A stretch of DNA of 64,000 bases, taken from the NCBI GenBank assembly GCA_946965045.2, contig OX337228.1, positions 930,001 to 994,000 of the forward strand, written 5' to 3'. This DNA is from Epithemia pelagica. Its lineage: Eukaryota; Protista; Bacillariophyta. The stretch's first letter is position 1. Each line of letters begins with the position of its first letter. Below, in pieces: positions 41,581 through 51,100 of the stretch. The notes beneath the pieces are model-generated. The model did no database searches and was not told the DNA's origin. It saw only the letters and a list, made by a program, of their open reading frames with translations. The position numbers and the translations under genes are program-made.

Positions 41581-42411
41581 CTGAACTCCCGATTAAAAAA
41601 CTGGGTGTGCTTAATCATGAGTCTCTACCAATTTCACACGACCAAAAGAATAGTCGTTTTGGTGATCCAAAAACTTTTGGAGCTGAGAGGGACGAAACTC
41701 GATTGAGCTTTCCTGATTCTGGTTGGGGAGTCATTCATGGGCTCCCACGCCAACGCCCAATCCCCCAGTCACAGTCACACATGACATCACCCAAAATACA
41801 CAACATATCAGACGCTCGATACGGGAAGAGGTAATGTTGGTGGCAATAGGCGAAAAACATTGAAAGGGGCTTTGGGAGTAGGGAGAGATTCAATTCATCA
41901 CCACTAGACCCGATCAAAAAATTCTTTTTCTTCAGGAAGCCCTCCTTCGGAAAGAAACAAGAGTACGAAGGTGTCCGCCGGTCTTGGAGCCACCTCTACT
42001 GAACTCCCGATTAAAAAACTGTGTGTGCTTAATCATGAGTCTCTACCAATTTCACACGACCAAAAAAATAGTTGATAATGTCGTTTTGGTGATCCAAAAA
42101 CTTTTGGAGCTGAGCGGGACGAAACTCGATTGAGCTTTCCTGATTCTGGTTGGGGAGTCATTCATGGGCTCCCACGCCAACGCCCAATCCCCCAGTCACA
42201 GTCACACATGACATCACCCAAAATACACAACATATCAGACGCTCGATACGGGAAGAGGTAATGTTGGTGGCAATAGGCGAAAAACATTGAAAGGGGCTTT
42301 GGGAGTAGGGAGAGATTCAATTCATCACCACTAGACCCGATCAAAAAATTCTTTTTCTTCAGGAAGCCCTCCTTCGGAAAGAAACAAGAGTACGAAGGTG
42401 TCCGCCGGTCT
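41567..42411. repeat. Local tandem duplication of about 420 bp (418 + 427 bp) beginning inside the hAT right TIR
   Basis: tggagccacctctactgaactcccg...gtgtccgccggtct at 41567-41984 and 41985-42411. Single in unit 1. Confidence 0.88.
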
Positions 42412-43154
42412 AACAGCCAACAGAGACGTCAAGACGGTGCAAGAACAACCGACACGTGAAGGTGCATGGTAGAAACACTATTTCATCCTTGGCTCGCTTC
42501 GTAGGGTCCAAAAAGGCGAGGCAACTGAACGCCGTCGCATCGATAAACCTGTCCAAAAGACTCGCACATTCTTGACTTCCTCCTTGATCGAACTGTGGTG
42601 CCTACCTACCCTGTTTTCTGGAATCTGGGGATCACGTCGTCTTTTTCTGGAGCACCTACCTCTCTTGCACATTTGATCATGGCTCCTCGACTTATTACAA
42701 AGGACCAAAGGTTACGATAGGAAGATGTACATCTGTGTCCTTGGTTGCCAGCCACATGGACGAGAGAGCCACTTTCCTTCTTCTATACAACTACCTCTAG
42801 CTAGGAATACGCGTTCCAGGATGGAGAAAAAACAGGCAGGAGACGTTGTGTGGAGCAGCAGAGTTTTCGCCATGCGAGAGAATCGTGTAGTATAGATGAT
42901 AGGGGAAACCGTTTGCTGTTTGTACTGCAGTCGATCATGAGGGGTGCTGGATGGGAGTTTTTGTTTTGGGAACAGTTTTGACGTCCACCAACGGTCGGCG
43001 GTCGGACGGTTAAAAAGGGCGACTCCCGTCATGGACACTACGTAGAGGTAGTACTCTGTAATTTGTTTGAGATGACGGATCGGGAGTTGCAACCTACCCC
43101 CCAGCGGGGGTGAGTGAGTCCCGCAGGCCTCAGTCGGAAAAAAGCTGCACTCTG

Positions 43155-43788
43155 CAACTTCCGGTAACTACCCGTGAGTCCCATATCCGCTAGCAATACC
43201 CAGAGGCCAAGACCAAGAACTTCTTCGACAAAGGATCGATATTAATACAAAATACGTATTATGCAACCATAGAGTATGGTTTCCCAATCTCTCGTATGGA
43301 AGAAACGGGAATGTCGTGAGGAATGTCGTTTGATGTCGTGAGGGATGTCGTTTGATGTTGTTTGATGTTGTTTGATGTCGTTTGATGTCGTTTCGGGCTC
43401 GCGCGGAAACATGGTTTGAGTCAAAATCAAGCGGTGCGTATTCAGTTGATTGAGCGATGGGCCTCCTACCGTCAATCAGTGGTGTGTTTTCTGTTGAAGA
43501 ATACCAACTGCTGGAGAGTAGAGCTTCTTTTGGCGATATAAAAACAAACGACATCAAACGACATCAAAAGACATCAAACAACATCAAAAGACATCAAAAG
43601 ACATCTACAATGTCCCCCGACATCCGTGACTCGGGATGCATGCCTCATATCGAAAGAATCTGTGTCTAATATGGTCATATCAGATATTTTGGTGTGTGAT
43701 AACGCTATATGAAAACGGTTGTTTTATCGTGACGATACTCTGAGAAGTAGAAAGCTTTCGTACGTTTTGAGTCCATTACCGGAAGTTG
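43155..43788. mobile_element. 634-bp non-coding MITE with a 3-bp CTG TSD and internal inverted microsatellite arms
   Basis: Perfect 13-bp TIR CAACTTCCGGTAA/TTACCGGAAGTTG. TSD CTG at 43152-43154 and 43789-43791. The empty site cactCTGgttc is present in units 1 and 2. Confidence 0.9.
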
Positions 43789-46157
43789 CTGGTTCTCAGC
43801 GGGGGTGAGTGAGTCCCGCAGGCCTCAGTCGGAAAAAAGCTGCACTCTGGTTCTCACCCGGGGGTGAGTAAGGGGGAATGCAACACTAGGTGCGACTGAC
43901 CGGGTCGCCCCTGCTTGGGGTAAGTTGCAACCGCAGAATACAACATCCCATCTCAGGCAGACGAGCAAACGATCCAAGTGTGCTGCTGCTGTGTTCTCTT
44001 AGGAACGAAACGAGTGCATAACAATATCTTGGTGTCGTTCTACTTTCACAGGTGGCACGATGACAAGAATCCATCAGTGGGGGAACAACAACATGATGGT
44101 CATGACTTCTGTTAAAACAGAAACCACGATTCGGTCGACTTCTTTTCTTCCTCCTGAACCACAAGACGACGAGGACCTTTCGTCACGACTTGTATATCAT
44201 TTGGAATATCCCCATATTTCCGTGCATGCAGTGTCTCCTATATGAAGCACCATGGTAGGATTCCTCGTCCAAGCCATTAGTGTCCATCCCATTCTCCGTC
44301 TGGTGGTCGGAGGAGGAGAATGACAAGAGGGACCAACCTCCAACAGTCTTGTGAAGTACCATTTGGATTGGCTGTGTTTTGGTTTGGCCGTGGAGCGATT
44401 GGTCCAATCCATGGTGTACCCTCCTTGTTGTTGCTGTTGTACCTCATAATCGTCAGTCCAGTGGTAGAAGAAGAAGGATTATGAACCTGATCCTCAATCC
44501 TTGCTCGTGCATTCACTGGTTGTGCCTGGCACTCCCCTTGACCGTTTTGTTACCCACAAAGACGGTGACCAAGAGTCGGCCAGTCATTCAGGGTGACCGC
44601 AAGACAAAGAGTTTGTAAGAACCACTCAAGTAGACAGTCTCAACGGGTGGTTCCTTGTGGTTGTGGCTGTGGTTGTCATGCGCATCCCAATGGGGGAATG
44701 ATCCAAGAGTGTGTGCTGGAGCGCCCACCCAACGTCCAAGTTTCGTGAAATGTTCCTGTCTTCTTCTACTACTAGTACCGGAAAGCACGACAGGGAAGGA
44801 TCCGTTCCACCAAGGAACTCTTGCTTCTTCCTCCTTTTGTTGTGTTCCATTACGTGTTTGTGTGGAATCGCACACCATGTTGTTTCTTGATGTCACTTTA
44901 TACGACAACAGGAAGCTCGTGTAGTGTTCCTTGAGAAGTGTGTTTCAGAGGAAAAGAGTCGATGGCGACAGAATAATTGTTGTGATTGGAATCAGCTGTC
45001 CTTTGTTTCCCAGCGTCCATACAGGAATCTGCATCGCAAGAAAGATGTGTTGATGCGTAGATGCAAGTTAATGTCATCCGTCTCACTCTCACCCTTCGCT
45101 GTCGACTATGCACCAGATGGCAGCAGCTGCCGTTTGTTCCCCAGAATGGGACCACCGGGTGAGGGGAATGGAGGATTTTCTGTAGAACCATAACCGACAA
45201 ATCTGTGTATCCTCTCAGAGACGTTCGGTCCGTATGGCCCATATTTTGATCTTTTTGGAGTCTTGTCTGTCTTGACAATGCCCCTGTCCAAAGAATGGAT
45301 TGCCACCTATACCAGACAATCCGAGCTATGGCGAGTCCTTTGTCTATTGGAACCCTTCAAAGCTCAAGTCGAAGAAGATCCGAACGAAGAATCGAGCAGC
45401 AGTGACGAATCCATGTTTTCCGGTGTAATGGCCGAGTCCGAGTTGCGACTGCGGTATGGAAAGTTTCGGCTTTTGTATTCGTCCTTTATCCGTTGCATGC
45501 GATATTTGGCTCGAATCAAGGACGATGCTTTGAGTGGACGACAACCGTCCATGATTGACTATGGAACCAGTGGAGCCGAAACCTCGTCACACAGTCATCG
45601 CAACATTTCGTGCAATCAAAATCTTCAAAACTTTTTGGTAGGGTACGAGGTGTAGTGGCACAAAACAACATCAACCAAAATAATAGCCCCTCGTGTCAAC
45701 AGGAGCAACATCTGCAACATCATCCGGACAGTACAGTGGCCATGGAATCCTTTACCGCAAAGATCAAGTTCTCCAACAAAGTGCCGCCGGAACCTTGCGC
45801 AGATTACAGTTCACCTTGAGCAGCAGTGAGAACTTGCGGTCTCAAGTCTATGCTGCCGTTGCTTCCCAACAACAATTATCGCTTGAACAAGCACACAACG
45901 AAGCTGTGTTACTTCATGAAGAACAAGAACGGCAGCTGCAAAGACAGAATCAAGAAGCTATCCGTGTAAGGCAGGCTGGCAATGACTGACGAAAGCGAAG
46001 AACGATGAATCTGTCTGCCGCAGCTCGATGGGATCACTCCATGAACCTGAAGGTACGACGGTTGTTATACAGAGCACAAAACACTACGAGTTTATTTGAA
46101 GCAAGGGGATTGTGTTCGTCGATTTAAACGAAGAACTTTCTCGACAAATTACCCTTT

Positions 46158-46326
46158 TGAAAAGGGCGCGACCTAATGGAGACTAGCCATAGGGCTGACG
46201 TATAGGGTCGACGTCACCTTGCCCAACCAGCCTCACACTCTGGATGACGCACTACTTGCATATCTTTTAGGAACGTACGAACTAGGTAATCTTCTATCAT
46301 AATTTTACGAATACATACCCTTTTCA
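46158..46326 (+). repeat. 5' LTR (169 bp)
   Basis: TGAAAAGGG...CCCTTTTCA. No differences from the 3' LTR were seen by eye. Confidence 0.96.
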
Positions 46327-46339
46327 GGTTATGAGCCCA
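46327..46339 (+). other. Primer-binding site GGTTATGAGCCCA (half-tRNA-iMet type, as in Drosophila copia)
   Basis: Lies immediately 3' of the LTR and resembles the GGTTATGGGCCC PBS of hemivirus-type elements. Confidence 0.75.
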
Positions 46340-46533
46340 AGCATCACGCATTGAAGCCTGTTGCGAAAAGACCATAACGATTTGGTGGACCAGTTCAAGC
46401 GTTTGACGTTGAGGAAATCCGTACAAGCGGCCGTTGAAGTCCCCAAGACCTACCAGTTTCGATAGCCCGTTTAAAGAACGGTGGTGCGTCGAAGAAGCAA
46501 GAACCAGGTGGTTTCGTTGCGATTTTCCAGTGA

Positions 46534-48126
46534 ATGGAAAGGATAGCTGACTTTCTCAGAGTAGGAGCAGCTGCTGAAGACTCAAGCTTGGATTCCAGTT
46601 CCACGAGAATACCAGGTTGGTTGTCCTCTGAAGACTCAAGTTTAAGTAGTATCGAAACGATGAGTAATAAAGTAATTATTAACGGAGAAGAGGTTGAAGT
46701 GAACACAAGTGCCACACGGTCTGAAGATGTGGAGACAGCCCTGTTCAAGAAAGAAGACCGAGAAGGGATGGGTGCAGAGAAGCGCCAGGAACTCTTCTCG
46801 AAGGCTGCTACTTCAACCCCTGCCAAGTTTGATCTCCTATCAGCTAACATCACAGACGTGAAACAGCTGGAGGAGTGTTACAATTTGAATCTTTTGGTGT
46901 CTCGTCTGAAGAGCCAACATATTACGTACGACATGCATGATGTGTTTACTATTGTTGTACCTGATGGAACAGGACCGAACCTCAAGACGAATACGACACC
47001 CAAGGATTTATATCTGTTCTATGCAGATCTCTCAGAAGAAGAAGTCGCTGCCAGTAACGAGTGGTATTCCACATGGCCGAGTAAGTCTTGGTATCGTGAA
47101 AACTTAATGTTAACCGCGAAGCAACTTGAGGCCAGCATGAAGAATTCCCTTTGGACCAAGGTCTATGAACGGTACAAACGTTACAAGACCGAACAGCAAG
47201 GTGGTCCTTTACTTTTTGTGATCATGATGAAGCTTCTCGTGACCCACACCGAACAAGCAACGAAGAATCTTGTAGACACAGTTGAAAATCTTAAGATTTC
47301 TAAAGTCCGTGGGGAGAATGTTTCTAAGATCGTAAGCCTCATCCTCGGTGCTCACGAACGATTGGAGGCAATTTCGAATGTTCCCGATGATTTCTCTAAA
47401 ACGGTTCTAAAGGTCTTACAGACTAGTTCCGTGGATCAGTTTAATAAAGTGTTTGAGCTAATTGAGAGCCAAGCACGCATTGCTGGCGCCTTGACTCGCT
47501 CTACGCCATCTACCCAAGCACAGTTCCAGATCCCCTCTGTTGAAGCCTTGTTGGATCTAGCCGAGCAAGAATATCTCTCCCTTTGTCGCTCCAACGATTG
47601 GACGGGGAGCAAGACACGGGGAAGCCCCTCTACATTCACGGCTGGTGGCCTCACGGCTGATTCCGGCGGTTCTCGGAAATGGAAGCCCGTCTGTTGGAAC
47701 TGTGGTGGGGAACATACCATCAAGGACTGCCCCAAACCAAAGAACGAAGCCCTCATTGAGGCCAATCGTCAAAAATATCAGGCCAAGAAGAAGGCCAGCG
47801 CTGGCAACGGCAATGGCGATCGTAACCGTAGCTCTAACAAGTGGCGCCCTCCTTCGTCCGACGAGAATGGCAAGCGCATCATTGATGGCAAAACCATGCA
47901 CTGGGATGCCACTACCAAACGTTGGAACAAGCCTCAAGGCAATGTTGCCAACGATCAAGCCGCTCCAGCAACCGACTCTTCGACCTCGACCTCCCCAGTG
48001 CGGTTTGCTGGTGCCACTGCCAATGTTGCTGCCACTGGCTCTGCTGCGACGACCCACGCTCAGTCTCGTCGCGTTCTTGAGCGCACCCTTGAGTCTTTAA
48101 TGACCCAGGTGCAGAACTTATCTTGA
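46534..48126 (+). CDS. gag: Copia Gag with a CX2CX3HX4C zinc knuckle
   Basis: 530-aa ORF with QGGPLLFVIMM and CWNCGGEHTIKDC. Confidence 0.9.
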   Translation: MERIADFLRVGAAAEDSSLDSSSTRIPGWLSSEDSSLSSIETMSNKVIINGEEVEVNTSATRSEDVETALFKKEDREGMGAEKRQELFSKAATSTPAKFDLLSANITDVKQLEECYNLNLLVSRLKSQHITYDMHDVFTIVVPDGTGPNLKTNTTPKDLYLFYADLSEEEVAASNEWYSTWPSKSWYRENLMLTAKQLEASMKNSLWTKVYERYKRYKTEQQGGPLLFVIMMKLLVTHTEQATKNLVDTVENLKISKVRGENVSKIVSLILGAHERLEAISNVPDDFSKTVLKVLQTSSVDQFNKVFELIESQARIAGALTRSTPSTQAQFQIPSVEALLDLAEQEYLSLCRSNDWTGSKTRGSPSTFTAGGLTADSGGSRKWKPVCWNCGGEHTIKDCPKPKNEALIEANRQKYQAKKKASAGNGNGDRNRSSNKWRPPSSDENGKRIIDGKTMHWDATTKRWNKPQGNVANDQAAPATDSSTSTSPVRFAGATANVAATGSAATTHAQSRRVLERTLESLMTQVQNLS

Positions 48127-51100
48127 TGGCGTGGCCGTCGCCCTCGTGTCGATGCAGGCCACCCTTTCCCTCAAACCTCTCTTCCCAGGAGGGATACCTG
48201 GGTAACCTCAGTTTGGTTGTTGTTTTCTTTTTCTGTGATCCTCGTTTTGTGTTTTCGTTCCATGATGCACTGGGCCTTGTCCTTTGAGTCACAGTATTGC
48301 CCCCTTTGTCCGTTCGCTTGTGCGTCTTTCGTCTCCATCTGTTTGCGAGAGGGAGGTGCACGTGGACGCAACCCTTTTTCGCGTGCGATGTTTGGTCCCA
48401 ACCAGATACGACGACGTCGCAAGACTCGGATTTATCACGTACGACGGCGCTTTACCACACAGAGTATGGCCTTTAACGTCGTAACGGATTCGACGGTTAC
48501 ATGGGCTGGTACGATTGATATTCAACGGACTCCCTTTACTAGAGCCAGAGCGCGCCTTCCAAGACGACGCGCAAGGCGAGGCAAGAAACCGAAACACAAG
48601 AAAGCTACCATACCACGAAGAAGTGCAACGGATAGCTATGAGTTTAACTTCCAAGGAATCTATGTCCCTACAACGTGGACAATACAACAAGAGGAGCCGC
48701 CAGATCGAACATCAGAGCGACTTTCTCGTTGGTTTGGAACGATGGAGGAGCTGGAAGATGCCATCTTCAAGCCTTGGCCAAGAAAAGGTCCAGATCCTCT
48801 AGCCCAGTTCCACGCTATACGGGTACTGAGTGGGTCACCTTTCTCCAAAAGTCATGCACCAAAGAAACGCATGCAGAAAGCAATGATTGCTGCTGCCAAG
48901 CTGACTGGTGCTGTGCCTTCCCAAGTCAAACAAGGATCACTGCCACCTTTGCTGCAGCAACGCATGTCAGTCTATCTCAATGCAGCCGATGATGCCGACC
49001 TTCCTGTAGTGATTGATACAGGAGCATCAACGTCTTTGACTCCTCGGCTGGAAGATTTCGATGGACCAATCAAGGATTGCGAGACAACCGAGCTCAATGG
49101 ATTGTCGAGTACAACGACTGTGGTTGGAGTAGGGATGGCTGCCTGGACACTGAAGGACGTGTTTGGAGTGGTACGAACCATCCGAACACGTGCCTATTAC
49201 GTTCCAGAGGCGCAAATCCGCCTGTTTAGCCCCCAAACCTACTTCCAAGAACAAGCCAAAGGCGAATTGTCGGTTAATGCCTTCCGTTCCAGGTTGACTC
49301 TTCATGATGGAAGCGAACTAGAGTTTCCCTTTCATCCCAACAGCAATCTCCCCTTAATGCTGTCTGGCCGCCAAACCAAGATGGGACTTGCCTTTGAAGA
49401 TGTCATGGCATTGTCCAAAGAGTTTGATTGTCATGGTTTGATGTCGGTAGCGGACGAAGTGAATCAAAATGTAACACAGGCTCAAAGAGAGCTGTTGACA
49501 TGGCACTGGAAGCTAGGCCATGCGAATTTTGAGTGGATCCAAGATTTGTGTCGAGATCCTAAAACCGATCGACGCCGAATCCTTCGGACACGACACCGTC
49601 ACGTGTCAAGTTGTCCCGTCAACGGTTTGCGATGTGCCGCCTGTCAATTGGGAAAACAGCGGCGTCGCGGTGCAAACACACAGCACACTAACACCAAGGA
49701 TGGTCGTTTTATGGTCACTCGGTCAAATAATCTTCGTCCCGGTGACTGCGTCAGTCTTGACCAATATGACTCGACGTTGACTGGCCGTCTTCCGCATACA
49801 CGCGGCAAAGAACCAAAGAAGGACCAGTACACTGGCGGCACGCTCTTTATCGACCATGCTACGGGACTAATGCATTGTGTACATCAAGTCTCCCTAAACA
49901 CTGGTGAAACCATCGAAGCCAAACTTCAGTTCGAACGGTTTGCACAGGACCATGGAGTCACCGTCAAGTCGTATCTGGCGGATAATGCCCCTTTTGGCAA
50001 TACCAAGTTTGTGGACGCAGTGAAACATGCTGGTCAGTCCCTGTCGTTTTCTGGTGTGGGGGCCCATCACCAAAACGGTGTGGCTGAGCGCGGCGTTCGT
50101 ACGGTAACCTCTTGGGCCCGTACTATGATGCTACACGCTGTGTTGCACTGGCCTGAGCATGCTCACGATTTAAGCCTCTGGCCATTTGCCCTCAACCACG
50201 CAGTATGGATGTGGAATAACCTTCCCAAGCGTGGCTCGTTTATGGCCCCGCTTGAACTTTTCTCTGGCACAGTCTTCCCTACCTTGGACCATCTACATCG
50301 AAGCCATGTGTGGGGATGCCCAGTCTATGTACTGGACCCCAAGATTCAGGACGGAAAGAAGCTCCCTAAATGGTCGCCACGTGCCCGACGAGGGCAATAT
50401 CTTGGCGTTTCTCCCGACCATTCTAGCACGGTGGGCTTAATTCTGAATATTGCGACTGGCTATGTTAGCCCGCAATATCACGTCGTCTACGACGACCTCT
50501 TTTCAAGTGTTCCTAATGCCAAAACCGGCGGTGTCCTACAACAAGATATGTTTACTGGGTCTTTTTGGGACCAGTTGGTGGCCTCTGGTCTGGAGCGAAT
50601 TGATGATGGTGACTTTGAGGACGAGCAGCCCCAGCCACCACCCCTCCACCAAGATTGGCTCACTCCTGAAGAGATTGATGCCCTACGGCACCAACAAAAC
50701 GACATGGCTCGTATTAACCCCTTGCCTATGCCTCCTATCCTTCCTCCACGCGCCCCTGCTCCAGAGGGAGCGGCCGCTCCAGAGGGAGCTCTGGTGCCCT
50801 TGGCTCCAGAGGGAGAGGACAATGGTGATGGTGAGATCAACGATGGGGAACCTCTTTTTCCTCCCCTTGATTTGGATGTGGAGCCAAATCCACCAGCAGC
50901 TCCTCCTGACGATGATCCCCAGGACTTGATTCCTCCTTTGGTGATGGATGGAGTATGGGACGGCCCAAACAACTCCACCATTGACTCTGGAGACGAAGTT
51001 GTGATTTTTGAGAATGAGGAGCAGGATGTGGAAGATCCAGTCCGGGCACAGGAGAAAATGAGACGTGCCCAGCACCTGGAACAGCCGGATGAAATGCATT

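Larger units (their letters stand above)
24931..42487. repeat. Tandem segmental unit 2
   Basis: Colinear with unit 1 but lacks the Harbinger insertion. Confidence 0.9.
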
